Positions 1-9,776 of a DNA stretch of 64,000 bases are shown here, piece by piece. Within the stretch, counting starts at the first letter, position 1; the number at the start of each line of letters is the position of its first letter. Origin of the DNA: an uncultured Thermoplasmata archaeon (lineage in GTDB: Archaea > Thermoplasmatota > Thermoplasmata > UBA10834); contig CAVRDX010000004.1 in the NCBI GenBank assembly GCA_963719945.1, positions 181,959 through 245,958 on the forward strand. The letters run 5' to 3'. The notes below the pieces were generated by a model, which saw only the letters and a program-made list of their open reading frames with translations, made no database searches and had not been told where the DNA came from. The translations under genes were made by a program, and so were the position numbers.

Positions 1-396
1 GTTTTCTGGCAGAGGCACGGATCTGTAGAACTTGGAGTATCTGCGTTCCCTTCGGATGTAGCCAGTCTCCTTGTCCTCCTCTTTCTCCTCGGCCTGTGTC
101 TCCCCAGATATCTCAAGACCACTTTCGGTGACCTCGATCTTGAGATCGTCTTTCTTGATGCCAGGGATCTCAGCCGTAACCAGGAACTCCTTCCCGTTGT
201 CCACTAGGTCGATCAACGGCTGCCTGACCATCTCTGTCGTCAGCGCCTTGGGCGTGACGAACATCGTCTCCCATTCTGATTTGAAATCATCGAATATTCG
301 GTCCATGTCACTGAGCAATGACCATGGGTTCACCATGCTGGGGCCCCAGTAGTCAGAGGGCACCAATCCTTCGCGTCTGTCCTTTCTTCTTATCAT
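1..396 (-). CDS. hsp20: Hsp20/alpha-crystallin small heat shock protein (3' end outside window)
   Basis: Manual translation: MIRRKD...PLIDLVDNGKEFLVTAEIPGIKKDDLKIEVTESGLEISGE...YIRRERRYSKFYRSVPLPEN; GAGGTGA RBS upstream; not in ORF track because truncated. Confidence 0.92.
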   Translation of the reverse strand, partial: MIRRKDRREGLVPSDYWGPSMVNPWSLLSDMDRIFDDFKSEWETMFVTPKALTTEMVRQPLIDLVDNGKEFLVTAEIPGIKKDDLKIEVTESGLEISGETQAEEKEEDKETGYIRRERRYSKFYRSVPLPEN

Positions 397-575
397 CTCA
401 TTCACCTCTGAATTTCGATGAGGTCTTGGACCTCCGAGTCAATTATGTTTGCACTTCTATATGAAACTTGTGACTTCTCTGTAAGGGCCCAGCGCATCGC
501 TCTTTTCCTCGGACGAAGCTTCGCACCCCCCTCTTCTGGAACACTAATAATACCTGGTCATGATATCCTCGCTGA

Positions 576-1631
576 ATGCCTGGAGTGCTCAAAGGTCGAG
601 AAGTCGTGGTGAATGACCAATCCGAGTCGAGTCAGGTCTACAACAAAGGATACTATGGTGTCCCTCAGTCTGGCGGAAGCCTCAAGATGGACATCATGGA
701 AGCCACCTACCTCGTCGAATGCGGGCGGTTGGAGGTCCTGTCCGAGGGAAAACCCGTTGGCGCTGGCGAACTTCTAAGGCTCGCCCACAAGACATCGGAA
801 GGTTTCGAGGTCAGGTATCTGGTGTACAGGGAGCTGAGGCAGAGAGGGTATATCGTGAAGCTCAGCAGCCCCCCACTGGATTTTAGAGTGTTCCCCAGAG
901 GTGGCTCGCCCAACAAGACCCCCAGCAAGTGGTGGGTCGCAGCCATATCCGAACGGTCCACATTCGACCTGGGCGACCTGTTGACCAATCTTGATCACAC
1001 ATCCGATGTCAGGAAGAAGTTGCTCCTGGCAGTCGTGGACGAGGAGAGCGATGTGACATACTATGATGTCAGGCGCATCACTCCAAAGGGCAGGCTGGGT
1101 GCTGTAGACGTCAGCGTTCCATCCGAAGGTTTGCTCATGGCGGACAGGGTCCTCGTGGATGATCAGGATTCGTTGAAGGCATTGCACGGAGGGCACTCCT
1201 TCGGCAAGATGATAGGTGCTGCGCTGCAACTGTCCCTGATCGAGGCGGTCTTCCTGACGGAGCTGGGCGCCCTGAAGCTCAGGGACGCGAAGACGAACCG
1301 TCCGCTCAGCCTCGCGACTCTCAAGAAACGTGCGCGAGCGGTGCAGCCGGATTTCGACCTGCGTCTCGATGCCTTCAAGGACCTGAAGGGGAAGGGATTG
1401 ATTGTCAAGACTGGGTTCAAGTACGGTTCCCATTTCCGCGCATATGAGGGCGACCCTGACAAGCAGCACGCGCGCTTCCTGATCCATGCCGTGCCAGAGA
1501 GCTATACCACCATGTGGCCGGAGGTCAGCAGGGCAGTGCGATTAGCACACGGTGTCAAGAAGGAGATACTCCTGGGACGCGTGAAGAAGGATACGGTCGA
1601 ATATGTCTGCCTTAACCGATTCAGACCGTGA
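576..1631 (+). CDS. endA: tRNA-splicing endonuclease, homodimeric alpha2 type
   Basis: Two tandem endonuclease units; C-terminal unit has KTGFKYGSHFRAY...QHARF...VRLAHGVKK (Tyr/His/Lys triad). Confidence 0.93.
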   Translation: MPGVLKGREVVVNDQSESSQVYNKGYYGVPQSGGSLKMDIMEATYLVECGRLEVLSEGKPVGAGELLRLAHKTSEGFEVRYLVYRELRQRGYIVKLSSPPLDFRVFPRGGSPNKTPSKWWVAAISERSTFDLGDLLTNLDHTSDVRKKLLLAVVDEESDVTYYDVRRITPKGRLGAVDVSVPSEGLLMADRVLVDDQDSLKALHGGHSFGKMIGAALQLSLIEAVFLTELGALKLRDAKTNRPLSLATLKKRARAVQPDFDLRLDAFKDLKGKGLIVKTGFKYGSHFRAYEGDPDKQHARFLIHAVPESYTTMWPEVSRAVRLAHGVKKEILLGRVKKDTVEYVCLNRFRP

Positions 1632-1790
1632 TCATATCCTGGGACTTCCACCTGATTTGTAGAGCTGGTCTCTCCATGGGACCTGTTTGTAGCGTTTACA
1701 GTATTCGTCGATCCTGTCTCTGTACTCCATCGACGGCAAGATTCCCTTGCACTCTATGCCGAAACGATCGCAGTCGTAGCAGGATACCAT
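1632..1790 (-). CDS. Small 52-aa Cys-containing protein, putative metal binding
   Basis: Manual translation MVSCYDCDRFGIECKGILPSMEYRDRIDEYCKRYKQVPWRDQLYKSGGSPRI*; fills the endA-gap interval; stop abuts the endA stop. Confidence 0.6.
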   Translation of the reverse strand: MVSCYDCDRFGIECKGILPSMEYRDRIDEYCKRYKQVPWRDQLYKSGGSPRI

Positions 1791-1846
1791 GGCAATACTG
1801 CTAGCTCGCGCGGACTAATAATCATTGGCACGGCATCCCGGAAGTA

Positions 1847-2857
1847 TCACAGGAGCTTGCCAGTGAGTTCCACGAGTCTGTTCGCGTATCCCCACTCGTT
1901 GTCGTACCACGACATTATCTTCGCGGCATGGCCCTTGCCGCCTATGACCATCGTGGAGAGCGAGTCTATGACGCTCGAGTGCGGGTTGCCCACGACGTCC
2001 ATGGAGACGATCGGTTCCTCGCAGAACTCCATCACGCCCTTCATCGGTCCCTCGGCCGCCTGCTTCAACGCTACGTTGATCTCCTCGGCCGTGACCTCCG
2101 CCTTCGTAGTGAAGCTCAGGTCGGTCACTGAGCCGACTGGTGTCGGTACCCTGAGCGCCAGACCGTTCATCTTGCCCTTCAGCGCGGGAACCACCAATCC
2201 GATCGCCTTCGCGGCTCCGGTCGATGTCGGTATGATGGAGAGTGCGGCGGCCCTGCCCCTTCTCAGATCCTTGTGCGGCAGATCGATGAGCTTCTGGTCA
2301 CCGGTGTATGCGTGTATCGTCGTCATCATGCCATGCTCGATGCCGAACGTGTCATTGATTATCTTCGCCGGAGGCGCCAGACTTCCCGTTGTGCAGGATG
2401 CCATGCTCACGACGTTGTGTATCGTCCTGTCATAGGTGTCCATATTCACGCCGATGACCAGGGTCGCGTCCGCATCCTTGGATGGAGCGGATATTATGAC
2501 CTTCCTCGCGCCGCCGACCATGTGCTTGGCCGCCTTCTCCTTGTCAGTGAACAATCCAGTGGATTCTATTACGACATCGACGCCGAACTTCTTCCACGGG
2601 ATCTCCGAAGGCTCCTTGATCTGGGTGATCTCGAACCTGCTGCCTCCCACGGTGACTCCGGATGCATCCTTCTTTACCTCTTTGCCTATCTTGCCATAGA
2701 CCGAGTCCCACTTGAGCAGGTATGCCAGCGAGTCTAGGGGTGCGATGTCGTTGACCGCGACGATCTCGAAGTCCTTGCCATAGCCTTCCTTCTCGACCGC
2801 AGCCCTGTAAACGTTCCTTCCGATTCTTCCGAATCCGTTGATCCCTATCTTGATCAA
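1847..2857 (-). CDS. gap: Glyceraldehyde-3-phosphate dehydrogenase, class I (bacterial type)
   Basis: IGINGFGRIGR, ASCTT, IIPTSTGAAKA, WYDNEWGY; TTG start at 2857 after GGGGAG. Confidence 0.95.
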   Translation of the reverse strand: MIKIGINGFGRIGRNVYRAAVEKEGYGKDFEIVAVNDIAPLDSLAYLLKWDSVYGKIGKEVKKDASGVTVGGSRFEITQIKEPSEIPWKKFGVDVVIESTGLFTDKEKAAKHMVGGARKVIISAPSKDADATLVIGVNMDTYDRTIHNVVSMASCTTGSLAPPAKIINDTFGIEHGMMTTIHAYTGDQKLIDLPHKDLRRGRAAALSIIPTSTGAAKAIGLVVPALKGKMNGLALRVPTPVGSVTDLSFTTKAEVTAEEINVALKQAAEGPMKGVMEFCEEPIVSMDVVGNPHSSVIDSLSTMVIGGKGHAAKIMSWYDNEWGYANRLVELTGKLL

Positions 2858-3036
2858 GGTGTTCTCCCCGTCATGCCTAAGGTCAGGACTGCATAAAAAG
2901 TTGTCCGTTTCACCACTCGGACAAAGCTCAGAAAGGCGCCACAATGATTGGATCCTCTGACCTATGATGCCTCCTTGGTTCACAGTGAAATCCCTTGTCC
3001 GAAGGATTGGATCGAGAGTTGAGACGCACTCCCTTA

Positions 3037-3780
3037 TCACCAGGTATGGAACGTGGCCATGGCATACGGACCATCATCATCGAGCACTTCGATCGAGAGG
3101 ATGCCTGGGGGAGCATCAAGGGCCATGTCCCCTTCCATGATCCAAGTCAGTAGATTCCCTGTATTATTCCCCCATGCGTTGTAGATCGAATATCCTGTTT
3201 CATTGGAGACCCAGACCTGTGCCCGATCACCATCCTGATCCGGGTCCTCGATCGTTATGGCATAGTGCCAGCAATCATCAGGTTCACTGTAAGTCAACAT
3301 GATTCCAAGCACCTGAGGAAAGATCGGTCTATCCATTGGCAGACTGATATTTGCACCTTCGAGATGCGCAGATCCAAAGGTTGTTGGAAGTTCAGTACCT
3401 CCAAATGTGCAATTCAGGTAGATCTCGATTCTATAATCGCCGGGTTCCATATTCTGCAGGTTCAGCTTCTCCTGCATCGAACTACCATAGATAATTGGCG
3501 AACGTCCCTGAGCGAATGCGCATTCGCCAGTTTCTTCGTAATAGCCCTTCACCAATAGGGCAGAATATATCGGTGTCGAGGGCAAATCATCCGTGAGGTT
3601 GATCCATAACCACGGATAGTATGATCCAGATTCGATGCTCCATGATTCTACGCTGATTACATTCTCCGAATCATCATTCACGTTTCTGCCTATGTCATAA
3701 TTATAAGCGATTGCCACTGATAGCAAGATGGCCGTGACCGTCACAATGGCGATAAACTGTTTGCGATTGATAGGTGCCAT
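3037..3780 (-). CDS. Hypothetical secreted or membrane-anchored protein
   Basis: 247-aa ORF; basic N-terminus plus hydrophobic helix; acidic beta-rich body; visibly AT-richer than neighbours. Confidence 0.7.
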   Translation of the reverse strand: MAPINRKQFIAIVTVTAILLSVAIAYNYDIGRNVNDDSENVISVESWSIESGSYYPWLWINLTDDLPSTPIYSALLVKGYYEETGECAFAQGRSPIIYGSSMQEKLNLQNMEPGDYRIEIYLNCTFGGTELPTTFGSAHLEGANISLPMDRPIFPQVLGIMLTYSEPDDCWHYAITIEDPDQDGDRAQVWVSNETGYSIYNAWGNNTGNLLTWIMEGDMALDAPPGILSIEVLDDDGPYAMATFHTW

Positions 3781-3943
3781 AATCGAATGCCCCGAATCTC
3801 GAATGGACCTCGTAGCCGTGAATCACGATATCAAACTATTCTCGGCTACTTGTCAGATATTGAAAAACGCCGAATGACTGTCCGTATCTCGCGAAATTGA
3901 TGATGTTTGAGTTTGGGGAAAAGGTTTGATCCTTCGCAGAATA

Positions 3944-4876
3944 TCAGAGCTGGACTTCGATACCGAGCTTCTCAGTGAGCTCCTTGTACCTGTTCCTGAT
4001 GGTGACCTCAGTGACACCGGCTATGTCCGCCACCTCTCTCTGCGTCCTGCGCTCGTTGCACAGGATAGACGAGATGTAGATCGCGGCCGCGGCCACTCCA
4101 GTCGGTCCCCTTCCGGAGGTGAGTTCCTTCTTCGCAGCGTCCTTGAGTATCTCCGCTGCCTTCGCCTGGACCTCTCCGGAGAGTTTCAGCTCCGAGCAGA
4201 ATCTGGACACATAGTCCTGAGGCTTGGTCGGCATGAGCTTCAGCTTGAGCTCCCTCGTCATGAACCTGTATGTCCTGCCGATCTCCTTGCGACCGACCCT
4301 GGACGAGTTAGCGACTTCATCTAGGGTCCTGGGCACATTGCACTGCCTGCAGGCTGCGTACAACGATGCCGCAACGACTCCCTCGATGCTCCTGCCACGT
4401 ATGAGGTTCTTGTTGACCGCCTTTCTGTAAGTCATCGCGGCGGTCTCCCTCACATTCCTCGGCAATCCCATCGACGAGGCCATGCGATCGAGTTCGCTCA
4501 GTGCGAACGCGAGGTTCCTCTCGGTAGCGTTCGATACACGTATCCTGCGCTGCCACTTTCTCAATCTGTACAACTGGGCCCTGTTCCTCGTTGGGATGCT
4601 CTTCCCGTACGAGTCCTTGTTCTTCCAAGATATCTCCGTGGAGAGACCCTTGTCGTGGATGGTGTATGTCATCGGCGCGCCCGTCCTCGCCCTCTTCTCT
4701 CCCTGCTCCACATCGAAGGCCCTCCATTCGGGCCCTTGGTCTATCAGCTGGTCGTCCAGGACTATTCCGCAGTCCTCGCAGACGAGTTCTCCACGCTCGT
4801 AGTCTCTCACAAGATGAGCGCTGTTGCATTCAGGGCATCTCTCGACCTGCTCAGTCTCTTCTCTTACCTTTGCCAT
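3944..4876 (-). CDS. tfb: Transcription initiation factor IIB
   Basis: CPEC...VCEDCG zinc ribbon, GPEWRAF, two cyclin repeats, [11 protein letters not shown]. Confidence 0.97.
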   Translation of the reverse strand: MAKVREETEQVERCPECNSAHLVRDYERGELVCEDCGIVLDDQLIDQGPEWRAFDVEQGEKRARTGAPMTYTIHDKGLSTEISWKNKDSYGKSIPTRNRAQLYRLRKWQRRIRVSNATERNLAFALSELDRMASSMGLPRNVRETAAMTYRKAVNKNLIRGRSIEGVVAASLYAACRQCNVPRTLDEVANSSRVGRKEIGRTYRFMTRELKLKLMPTKPQDYVSRFCSELKLSGEVQAKAAEILKDAAKKELTSGRGPTGVAAAAIYISSILCNERRTQREVADIAGVTEVTIRNRYKELTEKLGIEVQL

Positions 4877-5111
4877 GGTCCCACTCCTGTTGAACGTAGA
4901 CTTCCTTGCCGAGCACAGCAAGTGTCCTGAGTTCTCTTCGCGGTTCTATTGCCACATAAGGCGACCGGGTCGGACCAAAAACCTTCACCACTCTTCCGAC
5001 CTCCCCCTTCAAGTTATCCCTCACGATGGTTCTTACATTCGGCGCGAACCGAGCTTTGACAATGAGCCTCCCGTCGTGGGAAATATCCTGAACCACTCCG
5101 AGAAGCTGCAA
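4851..5111 (-). CDS. gar1: H/ACA RNP component Gar1/Naf1
   Basis: [18 protein letters not shown] motif; conserved position upstream of tfb. Confidence 0.85.
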   Translation of the reverse strand: MQLLGVVQDISHDGRLIVKARFAPNVRTIVRDNLKGEVGRVVKVFGPTRSPYVAIEPRRELRTLAVLGKEVYVQQEWDHGKGKRRD

Positions 5112-5265
5112 AGTCTCACCGAATTGTATATATAATTTGTGCTGAGCGCCCTATGTGTATAGTTATATATAATGTTTTTCTCAATGTATATAAGGTTTGA
5201 GCATATATCTGGATCATCCTGGAGCCGGTCCCGTTCACGAGGGAGCGGCCTTGAGAAGGTTTACC

Positions 5266-6012
5266 ATGACGAATATTCCCAAGAGTCATCCTCGATACGA
5301 TTCCCTGATGCTCAGGGAGCGGCTAGTGGCAGGCTTTAACGATGGTATAGTGGCCGCACAAGGGCTGATAGCACATGGACGGGGAGAGATGTTCTACTAC
5401 CTCCTCGGGGAGAGGACGACAAAGGATGCAAGGGTCGCAGAACGCGTCGCGGCCGCGCTCCTTCTGCGGTCGAAAAAAGCCGTCATATCCGTCAACGGGA
5501 ATGTCGCTGCGCTTTGCCCCGACGAGGTCGTTCGCTTGGCAGAAGTGACCGGCGCGAGGATCGAGGTCGGCCTCTTCCATCGGTCGGATCAACGGGTCGC
5601 GAAGATACAGAAGGTTTTGGAGGATCATGGTGCAAAGGACGTTCTCGGCATGCTACCCGACGCCCATCTCGAAGGTGTCGATAGCATGCGGGGACTATGC
5701 TGCAGCGACGGCATCCACGCAGCGGACGTGGTGCTCATACCGCTCGAGGACGGGGACCGTGCCGAAGCCCTGTCGAGGATGGGAAAGAAGACAGTGGTGA
5801 TCGACTTGAATCCATTGTCGCGGACTTCCCGGTCCGGAACGGTCACGATTGTCGATGAGGTCACGAAGGCGCTTCCAGAGATATCACTGTTCGCGGAGGA
5901 ACTGGAGGACGATGAATCCGAACAGGAACGTATACTCGCGGCATATGACCGCGACGCAAACCTCCGAGCAGTCATTAAAGCGATTCAGGGCAACCTTGAC
6001 AAGCTAGGGTGA
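5266..6012 (+). CDS. pps: 4-phosphopantoate--beta-alanine ligase (archaeal phosphopantothenate synthetase)
   Basis: IPKSHPRYDSL, GLIAHGRGE, ISVNGN, PLEDGDR, IDLNPLSRT. Confidence 0.92.
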   Translation: MTNIPKSHPRYDSLMLRERLVAGFNDGIVAAQGLIAHGRGEMFYYLLGERTTKDARVAERVAAALLLRSKKAVISVNGNVAALCPDEVVRLAEVTGARIEVGLFHRSDQRVAKIQKVLEDHGAKDVLGMLPDAHLEGVDSMRGLCCSDGIHAADVVLIPLEDGDRAEALSRMGKKTVVIDLNPLSRTSRSGTVTIVDEVTKALPEISLFAEELEDDESEQERILAAYDRDANLRAVIKAIQGNLDKLG

Positions 6013-6074
6013 CTCCCACACCTAGTGATTCAACAACAGTTATCTACCAAACAACCGATGCGATTCATGATATC

Positions 6075-7319
6075 ATGGCCAAGAACGAGCTGGTCGAAAA
6101 GGGCGTACGCAGGATAGAATGGGCACGGACGCATATGCCGGTGCTCGCGAAGATACGCGATAGGATGGTCAAGGAGCAGATCTTCGAAGGACTCAAGGTC
6201 GGCATGGCCCTTCACACGGAGGCTAAGACGGCCGTGCTCGCATTGACGATCCAAGAGGCGGGAGCGGAGGTCCGCCTGTCCAGCTGCAACCCACTTTCGA
6301 CCGACGATTCCGTCGCCGTCGCACTGAACGAGAAGTACGGACTCGAGACATATGCCAAGAAGGGGCAGAACAACAAGGACTACTACGCCTCTCTCAACGC
6401 AGTGTTGGATATGAAGCCGGATTATGTTATCGATGATGGAGCCGACCTCATATTCCTGCTCCATACCAAGCGCAAAGAGCTTCTTTCGAGGATCAAGGGC
6501 GCGAACGAGGAGACCACTACCGGAGTGCTCCGCCTGAGGGCAATGGCACAGCAGGGCGCGCTCAAGTTCCCAGTGATGTCCGTCAATGATGCTTATATGA
6601 AGTATCTGTTCGACAACCGTTATGGCACAGGCCAGTCGACTATGGACGGCTTCATGGCCGCGACGAACCTGGTGATCGCTGGCAAGAACTTCGTGATTGC
6701 TGGCTATGGATGGTGCGGCCGGGGCATAGCCATGCGCGCGAAGGGCATGGGTGCAGACGTCACCATCTGTGAGGTGGACCCGATCCGGGCAATAGAGGCG
6801 AAATTGGACGGCTTCGCAGTCATGCCGATGAGGGATGCAGTGAAGAATGCCGATATACTGGTCTCGGCCACTGGCTGCAAGGACGTCGTGACGACTCAGG
6901 ATATGAAGGCCATGAAGAATGGCTGCATCCTCGCGAATTCCGGGCATTTCGACAACGAGATCTCGAAGACCGATCTGATGAAACTGGCCAAATCGAAGAA
7001 GAAGGTCAGAGATTCGGTGGACGAGTATGTGCTGAAGAACGGTAAGCGACTCTACCTCCTTGCAGATGGCCGCCTGGTCAACCTCGCAGCGGGGCAGGGT
7101 CATCCCGCGGAGATCATGGACATGAGCTTCGCCATCCAGGCGCTGTGTCTGGAGTATCTGGACTTCAGCGCTCAGACATTGGAACCCGCGGTCTACGATG
7201 TGCCTGACCACCTCGATGAGCTCGTCGCCCGACTGAAACTTCAGACGATGGGCATCAAGATCGACAAGCTGTCGAAGGAACAACAGCAATATGTCCGAAG
7301 CTGGAAGGAAGGTACATAA
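6075..7319 (+). CDS. ahcY: Adenosylhomocysteinase
   Basis: SCNPLST, EETTTGV, FDNRYGTGQS, GYGWCGRG, GRLVNL..GHP. Confidence 0.97.
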   Translation: MAKNELVEKGVRRIEWARTHMPVLAKIRDRMVKEQIFEGLKVGMALHTEAKTAVLALTIQEAGAEVRLSSCNPLSTDDSVAVALNEKYGLETYAKKGQNNKDYYASLNAVLDMKPDYVIDDGADLIFLLHTKRKELLSRIKGANEETTTGVLRLRAMAQQGALKFPVMSVNDAYMKYLFDNRYGTGQSTMDGFMAATNLVIAGKNFVIAGYGWCGRGIAMRAKGMGADVTICEVDPIRAIEAKLDGFAVMPMRDAVKNADILVSATGCKDVVTTQDMKAMKNGCILANSGHFDNEISKTDLMKLAKSKKKVRDSVDEYVLKNGKRLYLLADGRLVNLAAGQGHPAEIMDMSFAIQALCLEYLDFSAQTLEPAVYDVPDHLDELVARLKLQTMGIKIDKLSKEQQQYVRSWKEGT

Positions 7320-7439
7320 TAGTACACCGAACCGATCCGCGCGGGCATTATCAGGGCACTTTTCGCCGTTAATCGGGCCCGTCCTATCCGATTTTTCAAG
7401 TATCAAGGACCCGATACAGGAAACTCGGAGGGGCGAATC

Positions 7440-8363
7440 TTGCGGAAGAACAACTTCCTTGGAGTCTACGGACACACCGCTATCGACATCATCTACTCCT
7501 CAGACGAATTTCCTCAGCCGAACACCTGTGTGGAACTGAAAGGCCGCAAGGAGTTGTACGGTGGTACTGGCGCGAATGTCGCCAGAATCGCAGCATCTCT
7601 GGGGGTCCCGACCGCACTCGCGAGTCACGTGGGAGCTGATTTTCCGAAAGAGTTTATGGAGTCGCTCCGAGCAGAAGGCGTCGACACAGTGGATGTCGTC
7701 AAGGTCCGAGGCCAGAGGACTCCGTTTGTGATCATGATCTCTGACAAGGAGCACAACCAGATCGGTTTCGTCGAACAAGGGGCCGTGCTCGAGTCGGAGA
7801 AGCTGCCGCTGCGGACGCATACAGTAGACACGTCGCGGTTCGTTCATGTGGGCACGGGCCGTCCAAACTATATGCTCAAAGTGGCAAAACGGGCGAAGCG
7901 TAAGAAACGGACCGTCTGCTTCGATCCGGCTCAAGAACTTCATTACGTCTACAATCCAGAGACATTCAAGCTGGTGCTGGAGCAGAGCGACATCTTCTTC
8001 GCGAACTCCTCCGAATTGGAGCGGGCGAAGGAATATCTGAATCTCAAAGAAGATCCGGAGCTCCTGTCATACGTCAAGATGGTCATCCATACGAAGGGTG
8101 CCGACGGTAGCAGGATACTCTCAGCCGACGACGATCTTATCGTGGGTGCGATACAGCCAGATAAAGTGATCGATACGACCGGTGCGGGAGATGCCTTCCG
8201 CGCAGGATTCTATGCAGGTCTCTTCAAATCTCTGCCTATCGAAGAATGTGCCTGGATCGGCGCATCCGTGGCTTCTTTTGTCGTCGAGAGCGTCGGTGCT
8301 CAGAGCGCGCTCCCCTCCTGGGATATGGTACAGAGAAGGGCTGCGCGGAGGAAGTACGTTTGA
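7440..8363 (+). CDS. PfkB-family carbohydrate/nucleoside kinase
   Basis: GGTGANVA and DTTGAGDAF signatures. Confidence 0.9.
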   Translation: MRKNNFLGVYGHTAIDIIYSSDEFPQPNTCVELKGRKELYGGTGANVARIAASLGVPTALASHVGADFPKEFMESLRAEGVDTVDVVKVRGQRTPFVIMISDKEHNQIGFVEQGAVLESEKLPLRTHTVDTSRFVHVGTGRPNYMLKVAKRAKRKKRTVCFDPAQELHYVYNPETFKLVLEQSDIFFANSSELERAKEYLNLKEDPELLSYVKMVIHTKGADGSRILSADDDLIVGAIQPDKVIDTTGAGDAFRAGFYAGLFKSLPIEECAWIGASVASFVVESVGAQSALPSWDMVQRRAARRKYV

Positions 8364-8395
8364 GTGACGGGCCTGAGACAAGCACTGCCTCACAG

Positions 8396-9136
8396 ATGGG
8401 CGAAGGTATCCTCGAACTTCTGCGTACAGCGAAGAGAGTGAGTGTTCTCACCGGAGCGGGCGTTTCAGCGGAGAGTGGAATACCGACTTTCAGGGGTGCC
8501 GATGGCATCTGGGAGAAGTATGACTATAGAAAACTGGCGACTCCTGCGGGATTCGCCGAGGATCCAGAATTGGTGTGGGAATGGTACCAGCTTCGCCAGC
8601 GCGAGATAATGAAAGCGCATCCAAACCGCGCGCATGAGACGATCTCGCTGATGGAACGATACTACTCCGAATTCACCCTGATCACTCAGAACATAGATGG
8701 TCTTCATCATCGTGCGGGGAATTCAACTGTCTTGGAGCTCCATGGCAACATATGGCGGATGAGGTGTGATCGCGATCATACCATCATGGACCTCTCGGAG
8801 CCTCTGGATCATATCCCGCCTCTCTGTCAATGCGGCAACATACTCCGACCGGATGTGGTATGGTTCGGCGAACAGTTGCCGACAGATGTCCTGGATGCCG
8901 CATCGAGGGCCGCATCCGAATGTGAAGTCATTTTCGTCGTGGGAACATCAGCTATGGTCTACCCGGCCGCAGCGCTTCCGATACTCACCAAGAATTCGGG
9001 AGGGTGCGTGATCGAGGTTAATCTTGAACCGACAGACGTGACTACCTACGCGGACACGTCGTTACGCGGGCGCGCGGGTGATGTCTTGCCAGAAATCTGG
9101 ACAGCGGTCACAAACCCCGAAAGCTTTATCAAATGA
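8396..9136 (+). CDS. cobB: NAD-dependent protein deacylase (Sir2/CobB)
   Basis: TGAGVSAESGIPTFRG, TQNIDGLH, HGN, RPDVVWFGE; alternative TTG start at 8360. Confidence 0.94.
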   Translation: MGEGILELLRTAKRVSVLTGAGVSAESGIPTFRGADGIWEKYDYRKLATPAGFAEDPELVWEWYQLRQREIMKAHPNRAHETISLMERYYSEFTLITQNIDGLHHRAGNSTVLELHGNIWRMRCDRDHTIMDLSEPLDHIPPLCQCGNILRPDVVWFGEQLPTDVLDAASRAASECEVIFVVGTSAMVYPAAALPILTKNSGGCVIEVNLEPTDVTTYADTSLRGRAGDVLPEIWTAVTNPESFIK

Positions 9137-9167
9137 CAGCCCATTATACCGCATTGGTGAGCACCAG

Positions 9168-9401
9168 ATGGCTGTGGGTTTTATACTGATAAGCACCGCG
9201 CCAGCAAAGGAGCACGAGGTTTACAACGAACTACTGAAGGTCAAGGAAGTGGTCGAGCTGCACCCTCTCTTCGGAGAGTACGACCTGATTGCCAAGATCG
9301 AGGCCGAGGATTTCAACCTGCTAGGGCAGGTTGTGGTCGATAAGGTCCGTTCGATCCCTGGCGTCATAGACACCAAGACCCTGACAGGTATTAAGTTCTG
9401 A
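9168..9401 (+). CDS. Stand-alone Lrp/AsnC ligand-binding (RAM) domain protein
   Basis: VELHPLFGEYDLIAKIEA...IPGVIDTKTL. Confidence 0.88.
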   Translation: MAVGFILISTAPAKEHEVYNELLKVKEVVELHPLFGEYDLIAKIEAEDFNLLGQVVVDKVRSIPGVIDTKTLTGIKF

Positions 9402-9431
9402 ACTTCGATGCGGAATTCAAAGGTGAGCTAG

Positions 9432-9735
9432 ATGGAAAATGTACTACTCGAGTTCTTGACGGTACTCATAATGATATTCAGCCTATTCATGCTGCTAGCG
9501 GGCGTGTTCACAGCATACTTCGGTAGCGGTAAGAGCAGGATCATCGGTGTGGTGCTCCTCGTCATAGGTCTGATCGTCGGAGTATTGTGGGCGGTCATGT
9601 GCATCGACTCAATCGCAGTGATAGCCTGTCAACCTCAGCAGGGTCCTCGGGGACGCATTCTTGTATATCCTCGCGGCGTTGATTGGAGCCCTTGCAGCGG
9701 TTGGAGTGTTCCTTCTCGCGATAATGAAGTCGTAA
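9432..9735 (+). pseudogene. Small membrane protein gene with an apparent frameshift at about 9627 (true pseudogene or sequence error)
   Basis: Two TM helices, then the +1 frame continues VNLSRVLGDAFLYILAALIGALAAVGVFLLAIMKS* (stop 9733-9735); the unshifted frame reads as an unstructured linker into purE. Confidence 0.7.
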
Positions 9736-9776
9736 GAACGCAAACCTTTTTCTACAAACCATTCTTCTACCTTTTG

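Noticed and set aside
6030-7475. 481-aa antisense ORF over ahcY, and similar long antisense ORFs at 10251-11198, 25512-26435, 33864-35057, 38221-39450 and 55997-56980
   Set aside because: They lie opposite well-recognised genes and show no motifs; typical shadow ORFs from codon bias.
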